DNA of 55,959 nt from an uncultured Erysipelotrichaceae bacterium (GTDB taxonomy: Bacteria > Bacillota_I > Bacilli_A > RFN20 > CAG-826): NCBI GenBank assembly GCA_902803375.1, contig CADCPN010000060.1:1-55959 (forward strand). The letters run 5' to 3'. The notes beneath the pieces are model-generated. The model was not told the origin of the DNA. It saw only the letters and a list, made by a program, of their open reading frames with translations, and did no database searches. A program made the position numbers and the translations under genes. Below are positions 9,071 to 19,068 of the stretch, in pieces (positions within the stretch are counted from its first letter, which is position 1; each line of letters begins with the position of its first letter).

Positions 9071-10330
9071 ATGTCCAGAGTATTAGTCATCGGATGCGGC
9101 GGCGTTGCCACCGTCGGCATCACCAAGTGCACCCAGCACCCGGAGGTCTTTGAGGAGCTAATGATCGCTTCCCGCACAAAGAGCAAGTGCGATGCCCTCA
9201 AGGAGAAACTTCAGCCCCACACCAAGACCAAGATCACTACCTGCAAGGTCGATGCCGGCAATCTCGAGCAGATGGTCGCTCTTCTAGATTCCTATAAGCC
9301 GGATATGGTCATGCACCTAGGCATGCCTTACCACAACCTCGTACTGATGGAAGCCTGCCTCCGCTGCAAGGTCCACTACCTCGATACCGCCGCCTATGAG
9401 CCAGAGGACGTCAACGATCCCGAATTCCGCAAATACTACGATAAGCGCGTCAAGGAAAAGGGGTTCTATGCCTATTTCGACTACCCACTCCAGTGGGCAT
9501 ACCGCAAGAAATTCGAGGAAGCCGGCATCGTCGGCGTCCTCGGCTGCGGCTTCGACCCGGGCGTCACCCAAGCCTATGTCGCCTATGCCAAGAAGCACCA
9601 GTTCGACACCATCGATACCCTCGATATCCTCGACTGCAACGGCGGCGACCACGGCTATAAGTTCGCCACCAACTTCAACCCGGAAATCAACCTCCGCGAA
9701 GTCTCCTCCAAAGGCGCTTACTGGGAAGGCCACGCGTGGCACGCCCTCGAACCGATGGCCATCCACAAGACCTATGACTTCGATGGCGTCGGCGTGAAGG
9801 ATATGTATTTGCTCCACCACGAAGAAATTGAGTCCCTCGGCCTCAACTATCCCGAAATCAAGAGGATCCGCTTCTTCATGACCTTCGGAGAGTCCTACCT
9901 TGACCATATGCGCTGCCTCGAAGACGTCGGCATGCTCTCCACGAAAGCCATCGACTACAATGGCGTGAAGATCGTCCCGATCCAGTTCCTCAAGGCCCTT
10001 CTCCCCGACCCCGCCACCCTTGGCCCCCGCACCAAAGGCAAGACCAACATCGGCTGCATCTTCACCGGCAAGAAAGACGGCAAGGAGAAGTCCTATTACA
10101 TCTATAACGTCTGCGACCACCAGGAAGCTTACAAAGAGACCGGCCTCCAGGCCATCTCCTATACCACTGGTGTTCCAGCCATGTGCGGCGCGATGATGGT
10201 CCTCACCGGCAAATGGAATCAGCCGGGCGTCCATAATGTCGAGGAGTTCGACCCCGATCCGTTCATCGAGGCCCTTGATAACAATGGCCTTCCCAAGAAA
10301 GAGACCAATTCCCCGGTCCTAATTGACTAA
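9071..10330 (+). CDS. carboxy(nor)spermidine dehydrogenase (saccharopine dehydrogenase family)
   Basis: IGCGGV Rossmann motif, GCGFDPG, FATNFNPEINLRE, ISYTTGVPA; adjacent to nspC. Start set at ATG 9071. Confidence 0.92.
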   Translation: MSRVLVIGCGGVATVGITKCTQHPEVFEELMIASRTKSKCDALKEKLQPHTKTKITTCKVDAGNLEQMVALLDSYKPDMVMHLGMPYHNLVLMEACLRCKVHYLDTAAYEPEDVNDPEFRKYYDKRVKEKGFYAYFDYPLQWAYRKKFEEAGIVGVLGCGFDPGVTQAYVAYAKKHQFDTIDTLDILDCNGGDHGYKFATNFNPEINLREVSSKGAYWEGHAWHALEPMAIHKTYDFDGVGVKDMYLLHHEEIESLGLNYPEIKRIRFFMTFGESYLDHMRCLEDVGMLSTKAIDYNGVKIVPIQFLKALLPDPATLGPRTKGKTNIGCIFTGKKDGKEKSYYIYNVCDHQEAYKETGLQAISYTTGVPAMCGAMMVLTGKWNQPGVHNVEEFDPDPFIEALDNNGLPKKETNSPVLID

Positions 10331-10331
10331 A

Positions 10332-11546
10332 ATGGCAGAACTTAAAAAAGACAATAGGCCTCCCTTCCGCAACCTCGCTTCCGTCGACCCCTATAAGCTA
10401 TTCGCCTCCCTCCATACCCCTGCCTTCGTCATCGACGAAGCCCAGCTCATCTATGATGGGGAGATCCTGAAGAAGGTGCAGGAGGATACGGGCTGCCGCA
10501 TCCTCCTCGCCCAGAAATGCTTCTCTAACTATGACCTATATCCTCTACTAGAGAACTACGTCGCCGGCACCGAAGCCAGCGGCCTCTATGAAGCGCGCCT
10601 AGGCAAGGAAGAGATGCCCAACAAAGAGGTGCATACCTTCTGCGGCGCCTTCCGCGAAGAGGAATTCGATGAGGTTCTGAAGTATTCCGATCACCTCGTC
10701 TTCAACTCCGTGAATCAGCTAAAGAAATTCGGCAAGAAGGCCAAAGACTCCGGCAAATCCATCGGGCTTCGCATTAACCCGGAAGTCTCCACCCAGGTGG
10801 GGCATGATATCTATAATCCCTGCGCGCCGGGCTCTAGGCTTGGCGTCACCCTCAAAAACTTTGAGGAGCAGATGGACGAAGATACCCTTTCTCTGCTCGA
10901 TGGCATCCACTTCCATACCCTTTGCCAGCAGAACTCCATTGACCTGGAGACCACGCTTAAGGTCGTCGAGGAGAAGTTTGGCAAATACTTCCATAACCTT
11001 TCCTGGATCAACTTCGGCGGCGGCCACCACATCACCCGCGAAGATTATGATATCGCAAGGCTTGAACGCCTCATCAAGCACGTTCAGGACACCTATAACG
11101 TGCTCGTCTACCTTGAGCCCGGCGAAGCGACCTGCCTTAACGCGGGCTACCTCGTCAGCAAGGTTCTCGACACCTTCGATAACGGCGACTTCCATATCGG
11201 AATCCTCGACACCTCCGCCGCCTGCCATATGCCAGACGTCGTCGAGATGCCTTATCTGCCGCCGCTATACCAGACCGACCTAGAAGGCTACGACTACAAG
11301 ATCCGCCTTGGATCGCAGACCTGCCTTTCTGGCGACGTCATCGGCGATTTCTCCTTCCCCGGTCCTATCAAGGAAGGCGATATGCTCATCTTTGGCGATA
11401 TGGCTTTATATACCACGGTCAAGACCAATACCTTCAACGGCATGCCTCTTCCTGGCATCTATCTGCTAAAGAAGGACTACTCCATCGAAACCATCGCTAC
11501 GTTTGGCTACGACGACTTCAAGCATCGTCTAGGCAAAAGCAAATAG
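10332..11546 (+). CDS. nspC: carboxy(nor)spermidine decarboxylase
   Basis: LLAQKCFS (PLP lysine), ASGLYEARL, HFHTLC, GGGHHIT, LEPGEA, CHMPDV, VKTNTFNG. Confidence 0.95.
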   Translation: MAELKKDNRPPFRNLASVDPYKLFASLHTPAFVIDEAQLIYDGEILKKVQEDTGCRILLAQKCFSNYDLYPLLENYVAGTEASGLYEARLGKEEMPNKEVHTFCGAFREEEFDEVLKYSDHLVFNSVNQLKKFGKKAKDSGKSIGLRINPEVSTQVGHDIYNPCAPGSRLGVTLKNFEEQMDEDTLSLLDGIHFHTLCQQNSIDLETTLKVVEEKFGKYFHNLSWINFGGGHHITREDYDIARLERLIKHVQDTYNVLVYLEPGEATCLNAGYLVSKVLDTFDNGDFHIGILDTSAACHMPDVVEMPYLPPLYQTDLEGYDYKIRLGSQTCLSGDVIGDFSFPGPIKEGDMLIFGDMALYTTVKTNTFNGMPLPGIYLLKKDYSIETIATFGYDDFKHRLGKSK

Positions 11547-11562
11547 AGGTAACTGCAACAAA

Positions 11563-12555
11563 ATGAAAAAATACAATTTCGCCGTCGTCGGGGCCACCGG
11601 CCTCGTCGGCAGAACCTTCCTTAAGGTCATGGAGGAATATAACCTCCCCATCGATAACCTCCGCCTTTTCGCCAGTGAAAGAAGCGTGGGCAAGACCCTC
11701 GTCTATGCCGGCAAGGAATACGTTGTCGAGCCGCTAAAGGAAGGCTGCTTCCTCGGCAGCGATTTCGCTTTGTTCTCCGCTGGCGGCAGCGTCTCTAAAG
11801 ACTGGGCCCCGGTCGCGGCGAAAGAAGGCGCCATCGTCGTCGATAATTCCTCCTATTGGAGAATGGATCCCAACTGCGCCCTCATCGTCCCGGAGATCAA
11901 TATCGATGACTATAAGGGCAAGTCTAGGATCATCGCCAACCCCAACTGCTCCACGATCCAGTCCGTCCTTCCGCTGAAGGCCCTTGACGATGAATTCCAC
12001 ATCACCAAGATCACCTATAGCACCTATCAGGCTTGCGCAGGCAGCGGCATCAAAGGCCTCACCGACCTGGAGAACACCCGCAAAGGCGAAGCCCCGAAGT
12101 TCTATCCGCATAACATCGCGGAGACCTGCATCCCCGAGATCGATGTCTTCGGCGATGATGGCTATTCCAAAGAGGAGATGAAAATGGTCAACGAGACCAG
12201 GAAGATCCTCCACCGCGACGACATCAAGATCTCCGCCACCTGCATCCGCGTCCCCGTCGCCGTTGGGCATGGCGTCCTCATGCAGGTCGAATTCGAAAAG
12301 CCCGTCGATGTGGTTCGCGCCAGAGAAGTCCTTGCCGCAAGTGAAGGCATCAAGGTCCTCGATGACCCGAAGAACCACGTCTACCCGACCTCCACGGTCG
12401 CTAAGGATAACGACACCGTCTACGTCGGCAGAATCCGCAAGGATCTAGCCGTCGATAACGGCCTTCTCCTATATTCGGTCGCCGACAACGTACGAAAAGG
12501 CGCTGCCGCCAACGCCGTAGAGATCGTTAAGAAGATCATCGAGGAGGGCAAATAA
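11563..12555 (+). CDS. asd: aspartate-semialdehyde dehydrogenase
   Basis: GATGLVG, DNSSYWRM, IANPNCSTIQ, DNVRKGAA. Confidence 0.97.
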   Translation: MKKYNFAVVGATGLVGRTFLKVMEEYNLPIDNLRLFASERSVGKTLVYAGKEYVVEPLKEGCFLGSDFALFSAGGSVSKDWAPVAAKEGAIVVDNSSYWRMDPNCALIVPEINIDDYKGKSRIIANPNCSTIQSVLPLKALDDEFHITKITYSTYQACAGSGIKGLTDLENTRKGEAPKFYPHNIAETCIPEIDVFGDDGYSKEEMKMVNETRKILHRDDIKISATCIRVPVAVGHGVLMQVEFEKPVDVVRAREVLAASEGIKVLDDPKNHVYPTSTVAKDNDTVYVGRIRKDLAVDNGLLLYSVADNVRKGAAANAVEIVKKIIEEGK

Positions 12556-13886
12556 TGTACAAAGTCTGCAAATTTGGCGGCTCCTCCCTTTCCACCGCCG
12601 AAGAGTGGAAGAAGGTTAAGGACATCGTCGAGTCCGACGAAGATAGGCATATCGTCGTCGTCTCCGCAATCGGCAAAGCCGATAAGAAGGATGATAAGGT
12701 CACCGACCTCCTCTACCTCATCTATCAGCACCACAAATACCACGTTGACTTCACTCCCCTTTTAGAGGCCGTTATCGACAAATACCTCACCATTAAGAAA
12801 GAGCTGGGCCTCAATATCGACATCGAGTCGGAGTTCGACGAGATCAAGGAGCGCATCCTCGATAACGACATCTCCGAGGACGAGCTCGTCTCCAGGGGCG
12901 AATACTTCTCCGCGAAGATGATGGCCGAATACCTAAGCTTCGACTTCGTCGATTCCAAGGAGCTCATCAACTTCGACTATAACGGCAAAATCGTGGAACC
13001 CGAGACCCTTGAATGCATCGAGCGTGCCGTCAGTGTCCACGAATACATGGTCGTCCCTGGCTTCTATGGCTCTTACCCGAACTACCGCATCTGCCTATTC
13101 TCCCGCGGCGGCAGCGACGTCACTGGCTCCTATATGGCCAAAGGCGCGGAAGCCGACCTATACGAGAATTTCACCGATGTAAGCGGCTTCTATATGGCCG
13201 ATCCCCGCATCGTCGATAATCCCCGCCACATCGCCCAGGTCTCCTATGACGAACTCCGCGTTCTTTCCTACATGGGTGCCTCGGTTTTGCACGAAGAGAC
13301 CATTCTTCCCTTAATCGACGTTGAGATCCCTATCCGCGTCCTTAACACCAATTGCCCCGATGAAGAAGGCACTTGGGTCAAGAAGAAAGCCCGTGGCAGA
13401 AAGCATCTCGTCACCGGCATCTCCGGCAAGAAAGGCTATCTCGCCCTCTCCTTCGTCAGGGAGAAGAAAGCGGATAAGCTTGCCGCCCTTCTTGACGTTC
13501 TTAACGTCTTCAAGGAGTACCACGTCCCCGTCGAGAACATCCCGACTTCCATCGACGCCTTCTGCGTCATCGTCGAGAAGAACCTCATCGAAGAGAAGTA
13601 CTATGACATCATCGCCGATCTAAAGACGATCCCCGGCATCACCAGGATCGATGAGGACGAAGACCTTGCCCTCGTCGCCGTCGTCGGCGGCAACATGGTC
13701 AGAAAGACCAATGCCCCCAGCGAAGTCCTAAGCGTCTTCGGGGATAACGACATCAACATCAAGCTCATCGACCAGGGCATCGACGAATACTCGATCGTCC
13801 TTGGCGTCTCTAACTCCAACTTCGACAAGTCCATCCGCGTCCTCTATGAAAAGTTTGCGCATGAGAAAGTCGCTGAAGTAAGGTAA
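12555..13886 (+). CDS. lysC: aspartate kinase
   Basis: KFGGSS, SRGE, FSRGGSDVTG, TDVSG and C-terminal ACT domains. Confidence 0.9.
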   Translation: MYKVCKFGGSSLSTAEEWKKVKDIVESDEDRHIVVVSAIGKADKKDDKVTDLLYLIYQHHKYHVDFTPLLEAVIDKYLTIKKELGLNIDIESEFDEIKERILDNDISEDELVSRGEYFSAKMMAEYLSFDFVDSKELINFDYNGKIVEPETLECIERAVSVHEYMVVPGFYGSYPNYRICLFSRGGSDVTGSYMAKGAEADLYENFTDVSGFYMADPRIVDNPRHIAQVSYDELRVLSYMGASVLHEETILPLIDVEIPIRVLNTNCPDEEGTWVKKKARGRKHLVTGISGKKGYLALSFVREKKADKLAALLDVLNVFKEYHVPVENIPTSIDAFCVIVEKNLIEEKYYDIIADLKTIPGITRIDEDEDLALVAVVGGNMVRKTNAPSEVLSVFGDNDINIKLIDQGIDEYSIVLGVSNSNFDKSIRVLYEKFAHEKVAEVR

Positions 13887-13894
13887 GCCGCTTC

Positions 13895-13930
13895 AAAAAA
13901 CTCGAGAACCGCAAGGAACTCGAGCTTTTA
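13895..13930. terminator. bidirectional terminator between convergent genes
   Basis: A-run, CTCGAG...CTCGAG stem, T-run. Confidence 0.5.
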
Positions 13931-13936
13931 TTTTGC

Positions 13937-15166
13937 TTAGAGTAGCAAAGCGATGGCAGTCGCGGAATTTGACCTACTGATAAGGATGCAGGCAAGGTTG
14001 AACGTAAAGGCGAGCAATGAGCCAATTATGACGATGCCCGGGAGCAAAAGCTCTTTCTTGCTTAGCTTTAGGCGTCTATTAAGGATAGCTAGGAAGATAT
14101 AGCAGCCCGCGGTGAGGACTATCGCTAAGACGATGATCGTGAAATAGCTGCCCGGCTCTTTTAACTGAGCGGGATAGATGAAGTTGGCGATGGTGAAGAC
14201 CCCAACGACCACTCCCTTGGATAGACGTGTTGGCGAGGTGATGCTTCCCGCGTCTTCGCCTTTTCTTTCCCTGCCAAGGAATAGGTCTAGCACCGAGAGA
14301 ATTCCTAAGACCAGGAATAGGCTGATGGTGAAGCAGCCATAGATGGTATTTCCGCTGTCGCCGAAACCTACTGCGAATTTGCCGTAATTGATAAGGCAGG
14401 AGCAGAGTCTATGGATGATGAAGACCTCAAAGATCGGGCTAAGGTTACCAAGAATGAATGGGTTGAGGTATCTGTAGAAGGAGATTGAATGAGCTTGCGG
14501 AATCTCGACGAAGACAAAGGGGATGCACATAAGCAAGAAGGTGCCGAGGACAATCATCATGATCGCGTTGCCCGTGTCGTTAGCAAGCTTGCTCCAGAAA
14601 CAGCTATAGCCATATTGGAATAGCAATGCCAATAGGCAAAATGCATACATGACCAAAAAGCCCCAATAATGGACTTCGGGACGGAAGAAGACCGTACCCT
14701 CGGCTCCTTCGACAGGGATAGAAGGCGGATTGGTGCTATCAGGAAGCGTTACGTAGCTTACGCGCAGCCCATAGACGAGCACCGCCATCCAAAAGGAGAA
14801 GGTGAAGGCGATTAGAAGCATGCATAGAAGGAGCAGGTGCCTGCTTTTCCGGATGTCGCCTTCTTTCATAGGAGCGCTATAGAAGGCGTCTGCCGCCGAC
14901 TTATAGAAGCGGTAGGAATCGCCGACTAGCGGCAAAAACAATGCAAATAGCAAGCTTGGGATGAACATCGCCCAATAGATCTGCGAGGCATCGTATCCCC
15001 TGCCATAGCGGACCAGCTGCTGATTATCCAGGATAAGCCAATGGTAAGAGGAATAGGCGCTAGTTAACGTGGCTGCGAGCATGGAGATGGAGAAGGTCAC
15101 AAGCGCCATGACGATAAATAGGGGCAGCCATCTTTTAAGCTGATATTTCAAATAAGCCTTATTCAT
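13937..15166 (-). CDS. ABC transporter permease (YtrC-like)
   Basis: Multi-TM protein directly downstream of an ABC ATPase. Confidence 0.75.
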   Translation of the reverse strand: MNKAYLKYQLKRWLPLFIVMALVTFSISMLAATLTSAYSSYHWLILDNQQLVRYGRGYDASQIYWAMFIPSLLFALFLPLVGDSYRFYKSAADAFYSAPMKEGDIRKSRHLLLLCMLLIAFTFSFWMAVLVYGLRVSYVTLPDSTNPPSIPVEGAEGTVFFRPEVHYWGFLVMYAFCLLALLFQYGYSCFWSKLANDTGNAIMMIVLGTFLLMCIPFVFVEIPQAHSISFYRYLNPFILGNLSPIFEVFIIHRLCSCLINYGKFAVGFGDSGNTIYGCFTISLFLVLGILSVLDLFLGRERKGEDAGSITSPTRLSKGVVVGVFTIANFIYPAQLKEPGSYFTIIVLAIVLTAGCYIFLAILNRRLKLSKKELLLPGIVIIGSLLAFTFNLACILISRSNSATAIALLL

Positions 15167-15168
15167 GG

Positions 15169-16062
15169 TTATTCGCCCTCCTTTGACTCTTTTCTTGCTA
15201 AGGCCATTCGCAAGGCGATGGCCTCATCTGGCGCGATGGGGACCTGCTCTAGAAGAATCGGGTCTTCTTCGCGGCGCAGCGCTTCAATGCGCGCCTCATC
15301 TTCTTTGATGACGAAGTTATGGATGCTGCCAAGTCTCCGATAGGAGATGGCCTCAAAGCCATAGGCATGAAGCTTGCCTTCGCTAAACTCACCTTTGAAT
15401 GCGGCTTGGTATTTGACCATGGAGGAAGCCATATCCTGCTCCTGCCCATTAACGGCAAGGCTGCCTTTATAAAGCAACACGAATCTCTCGCAAAGCCTAT
15501 CAAGGGTAGAGATGTTATGGGAGGCGATGAAGATGAGTTTTCCTTCCTCGGCTTTTAATAGAAGCTTTTCTTTGATGATGCTGACGACAAGCGGATCTAA
15601 GCCATCGAACGCCTCATCTAGCAGCATGATCTCCGTATCGACGTTTAAGGAAAGCGCGATGAAGGTTTGCCTTTTCATGCCCTTGGAGAAGGTGGCGATT
15701 TTCTTATTTAGAGGAAGATTCAGCTCGTTTAGGAGCGACAGATACCCTTCCTTATCGATTTTATAGAAGCAAGAGTAAAGGTTATAGATCGATGCCGGGG
15801 TTGCGTCTTTTTCGGCATAGGGGTCATCGGGAAGATAGAAGATCTTCTCCTTGGCTTGCATTGTCGATGCTTCAAACCCATCGATCAATATGACTCCTTT
15901 ATCTGGGTGCATGACCCCGCTTAATAGCCGGAATAACGTGGACTTGCCCGCGCCATTTTCGCCCACGAGCCCAATGACTCCGGGGTCAAGGCTTAGGCTA
16001 AGCTCGTTGATCGCTTTGGTAGACCCAAAGCTTTTGCTTATGGAATTTACCTCGATTTTCAT
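15169..16062 (-). CDS. ABC transporter ATP-binding protein (YtrB-like)
   Basis: GENGAGKST, FSKGMKRQ, LLDEAFDGLD, SH switch. Confidence 0.93.
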   Translation of the reverse strand: MKIEVNSISKSFGSTKAINELSLSLDPGVIGLVGENGAGKSTLFRLLSGVMHPDKGVILIDGFEASTMQAKEKIFYLPDDPYAEKDATPASIYNLYSCFYKIDKEGYLSLLNELNLPLNKKIATFSKGMKRQTFIALSLNVDTEIMLLDEAFDGLDPLVVSIIKEKLLLKAEEGKLIFIASHNISTLDRLCERFVLLYKGSLAVNGQEQDMASSMVKYQAAFKGEFSEGKLHAYGFEAISYRRLGSIHNFVIKEDEARIEALRREEDPILLEQVPIAPDEAIALRMALARKESKEGE

Positions 16063-16067
16063 TAAGT

Positions 16068-16400
16068 CTATTTCCCTTCCTTATTCAAGACTTCGATTAT
16101 TTCTTCTTTGCTATAGCCTCGCTTTAGCAAAGAGTGAATCTCAATGGAGAGCTCTTCCATGCGGATGTCTTTGCCGCCTTTTTTGGCAAAGTATCCTTTT
16201 TTAGGAAGAGAGATGGCGTAACCATCTTCCACGAGGACCTGAAAGCTCCTCGCCACCGTATTCGGGTTGACGTTCATGCTAACTGCGGTCTCTCTGACGC
16301 TGGGGAGGGGATCCCCATCCTGATAGGCTCCTTTATCGATCAGGCTTTCGAAGCTTCTGACGATCTGCAAGTAGATTGGGCTGTCTGCATTGAAATTCAT
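16068..16400 (-). CDS. GntR family regulator, YtrA subfamily
   Basis: PIYLQI...LPSVRETA...VNPNTVARSF; short 110 aa protein heading an ABC operon. Confidence 0.92.
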   Translation of the reverse strand: MNFNADSPIYLQIVRSFESLIDKGAYQDGDPLPSVRETAVSMNVNPNTVARSFQVLVEDGYAISLPKKGYFAKKGGKDIRMEELSIEIHSLLKRGYSKEEIIEVLNKEGK

Positions 16401-16402
16401 AA

Positions 16403-16425
16403 CTGTATTATTACTCCTAGTACAG
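16403..16425. promoter_or_regulatory. YtrA-type operator
   Basis: CTGTA-N13-TACAG inverted repeat just upstream of the GntR start; same spacing as the B. subtilis YtrA box (TGTA-N13-TACA). Confidence 0.65.
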
Positions 16426-16496
16426 ATTATGCAAACAATTATTTTTGCGCGTTGATGCGTTTGCTATACTCAAAAAGGCAGATTGGAGTAGCGAAT

Positions 16497-17117
16497 ATGA
16501 AGGTTTTGATGATTAATGGCTCCCCGAAACGGAACGGAGTCTGCAACTTTGCGCTGGAAACGATTGGATCTGTCCTAAAGGAAGAAGGCATCGACTTTGA
16601 GATTATCCAAGTCTCGGGGCAAGTCATCGCGGGCTGCCTTGGCTGCGGCTATTGCATGGCCAATAAAAAATGCGTCCAAACCAAGGATTTCGTTAATGAA
16701 GTCGGAAGCAAATGCAAGGAAGCCGATGGCTTTATCTTTGCCTCCCCAACTTATTACGCCGGAGTCTCGGGACAATTGAAGTCCTTGCTGGATAGGCTTT
16801 ATTATGCCTATGGCGACAACCTTTCCTATAAGCCTGGCGCCGCAATTGCTTCCGCTAGACGGGCTGGCACCCTATCGGTATTCGATGACATCAATAAGTA
16901 TTTCTCCATCAATAACCAGCCTATCGTCACCAGCAATTATTGGAACAACATCTTTGGCAACTCCGTGCAGGAAGCCAAGCAAGATGAAGAAGGCATTTTC
17001 GTGCTGAAGCAATTAGGCCATAACATGGCTTATATGCTTAAGGCTCTTAAGCTGGCCGAAGAATCCGGGCTAGAGAGAAAGAAAGAAAAGCGCGTAGGCA
17101 CGAACTTCATTCGCTAA
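16497..17117 (+). CDS. iron-sulfur flavoprotein / NADPH-dependent FMN reductase family
   Basis: MKVLMINGSP, CLGCGYC...C, ASPTYY. Start at ATG 16497 after GGAG. Confidence 0.9.
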   Translation: MKVLMINGSPKRNGVCNFALETIGSVLKEEGIDFEIIQVSGQVIAGCLGCGYCMANKKCVQTKDFVNEVGSKCKEADGFIFASPTYYAGVSGQLKSLLDRLYYAYGDNLSYKPGAAIASARRAGTLSVFDDINKYFSINNQPIVTSNYWNNIFGNSVQEAKQDEEGIFVLKQLGHNMAYMLKALKLAEESGLERKKEKRVGTNFIR

Positions 17118-17123
17118 AGATAT

Positions 17124-17150
17124 CTCCAGGGCAAAACCTGGAGTTTTTTT
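17124..17150 (+). terminator. intrinsic terminator
   Basis: CTCCAGG-GCAAAA-CCTGGAG followed by a T-run. Confidence 0.75.
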
Positions 17151-17335
17151 GCATGAACGATTGCAATTGCCATGGAAAAACCATGAAGAGCTACGATGCT
17201 GCGTCTAATTGAAGAAAGAATAGAACTCTTATCGTCACGGCGAAGACGTTATCTAGGCTACTCTCCCTATTATCGGAGAAAAAGAAAAGCCGGACTCAAG
17301 CGTCCGGCATTCTTTCGACTACGATTCTTGTCTTT

Positions 17336-17491
17336 TCAGTAAAGATAAGAATATCCAGAAGACTCAGTGTCTTCGTTATTCAAAGAGGACTCAGTCAATT
17401 CCTTGTCCTCGTAGTCTTGCTCATCGTGGAAGATCGCGCCCATAGCGGCGATTTCTTCCAGCTTCTTCGCATAAGATTCCATTGCGCTCAT
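17336..17491 (-). CDS. 51-aa acidic small protein (not in the ORF track)
   Basis: MSAMESYAKKLEEIAAMGAIFHDEQDYEDKELTESSLNNEDTESSGYSYLY; strong GGGAGG SD; GCCGGAC/GTCCGGC terminator at about 17285-17310. Confidence 0.6.
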   Translation of the reverse strand: MSAMESYAKKLEEIAAMGAIFHDEQDYEDKELTESSLNNEDTESSGYSYLY

Positions 17492-17613
17492 GTTTTATTC
17501 CTCCCTTTTCTATATGCTTTTCGATAATAGCAGTAGCCTTCCTTGAAGCGGTTGCCTCTTGGAACAGCCTTGTTATAAACGTATCGGTAAATCCCCTCAA
17601 TAGGTAAAAATCC

Positions 17614-17640
17614 TGAAAGCGTTTTCCGAAAACGCTTTCA
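17614..17640. promoter_or_regulatory. 27-bp inverted repeat made of two cre-like half sites
   Basis: TGAAAGCGTTTTC-C-GAAAACGCTTTCA; each arm resembles a CcpA/LacI cre box. Confidence 0.5.
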
Positions 17641-17773
17641 AGAAAAATGCCTATTCATCGATACTATTCCTTCGGTATATCGGTAATATCCTATCGGTAA
17701 AGCAAGATTTGATATCTTACTTTCATGTTTTCTTTACCGATAAAAAATCCCCTATTTCTAGGGGAGACTTTGG

Positions 17774-18922
17774 TTATTCTTGCTCCTCGGAGAAGTCTCT
17801 ATCCAAAACGGCGAAGAAGTTGATCTCTGGATATTTTTCCTTCAGCTTAGCCGTGATGGCCTTAATCTTGGAGGCGGGGTCTTTCTCTTCATAGGAGAAG
17901 ATGACGTCGAAGGTTACGGTCGAGGTCTCTTCATCCAGATAATAGCCGTGCATCTGGATGATGTGAGGCTCGGCGTAGACGAGCTTCGCCAGGTCTTCTT
18001 TGATGGCTTTGGCTTTGGGGCAACTTTCGTTAGATGCATAGATGCCAAGCGTCAAGAGGAAGCGGTATTTCTTATAGGCCTCAGCCTGGATGGTCCTAGT
18101 GAGCTTATGGATTTCCTTTGCGGTCATATTGTCGTCTAGCTCCATATGGGCGGAGGCGATGACCCTATCGACGCCATAGGAGTTAAGGATGAGGTCATAG
18201 ACGCCTTTAACTTCCTTATGGCTGAGAATGAGCTTTTTTAAGCCATCCACGGTATCCTTATCGACCCTTTCCCCGATGATGGAGCTTAGGCTTTCCTTAA
18301 GGGCTTTGAAGCCTGAATAGAGGATGAAGCAGCCAATCGCGCAGCCTAGGTATCCTTCGACATAGACATTGGCATACTTCCCAATTAGCGCACCGATAAG
18401 GGTGGAAAGAGAGAGGACGCTATCCATAAGGGCGTCCGTGCCGGAGTTGGACAAGGCTTCGCTTTTGACCTGCTTTCCCCTTATCTTGAAGAAGAGGCCT
18501 AGCGTTATCTTCACTGCTATCGCAGCAGCGATGATGAGAAACGCGGTTAGGTCATAGCTAGCCATCTCGCCTTCTTGGAAATAGGCGATGATGGATTTCA
18601 CCGATTCGACGATCGCGGTCCCGCCAGCCAGCAATATAAGCACGGCGATCATCATCGCGCTAAGATACTCAACTCTGCCATAGCCGAAGGGATGCTTCTT
18701 GTCTGGCTTTTTATTGGAGAGCTTGGCTCCGATGATCGTGAGCAGGCTAGATAAGGCATCGGTGAGGTTATTGACCGCATCGACGATGATCGAGATGGAT
18801 CCGGCGAGGATGCCAACGAATACCTTGAAGGCGACAAGAAGGGCGTTGCCTCCTATGCCGATGGAAGAGGTTAGCACGATGGCCTTCTCCCTTTTCCTGC
18901 TTAGCATTTCCTTATCTTCCAT
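17774..18922 (-). CDS. cation diffusion facilitator (CDF) transporter
   Basis: DAVNNLTD, KPDKKHPFGYGRVEY, DALMD; duplicated C-terminal dimerisation domains. Confidence 0.92.
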   Translation of the reverse strand: MEDKEMLSRKREKAIVLTSSIGIGGNALLVAFKVFVGILAGSISIIVDAVNNLTDALSSLLTIIGAKLSNKKPDKKHPFGYGRVEYLSAMMIAVLILLAGGTAIVESVKSIIAYFQEGEMASYDLTAFLIIAAAIAVKITLGLFFKIRGKQVKSEALSNSGTDALMDSVLSLSTLIGALIGKYANVYVEGYLGCAIGCFILYSGFKALKESLSSIIGERVDKDTVDGLKKLILSHKEVKGVYDLILNSYGVDRVIASAHMELDDNMTAKEIHKLTRTIQAEAYKKYRFLLTLGIYASNESCPKAKAIKEDLAKLVYAEPHIIQMHGYYLDEETSTVTFDVIFSYEEKDPASKIKAITAKLKEKYPEINFFAVLDRDFSEEQE

Positions 18923-19022
18923 ACATAAGCTCCTATAAAAGACGGACGTATTATAAAAGAGGAAAAGAGGAAGGGTTAGCTAGTAGCCTGCCTTTATTGC
19001 TTTGTTAATGGTAAAGAAAAAG

Positions 19023-19054
19023 AAAGCACCTCCTGCCGAATAACAAGGAGGTGC
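19023..19054 (-). terminator. terminator of the long minus-strand operon
   Basis: GCACCTCCT...AGGAGGTGC hairpin with a T-run on the minus strand. Confidence 0.7.
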
Positions 19055-19068
19055 ATCTATTTTTGCTC

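Noticed and set aside
9317-10234. Long antisense ORF (305 aa) and many similar shadow ORFs across the window
   Set aside because: They mirror well-supported genes whose strong C-ending codon bias suppresses stops on the opposite strand.
16134-16496. N-terminal extension of the flavoprotein ORF
   Set aside because: Overlaps the GntR gene on the opposite strand; the true start is ATG 16497 with an SD.
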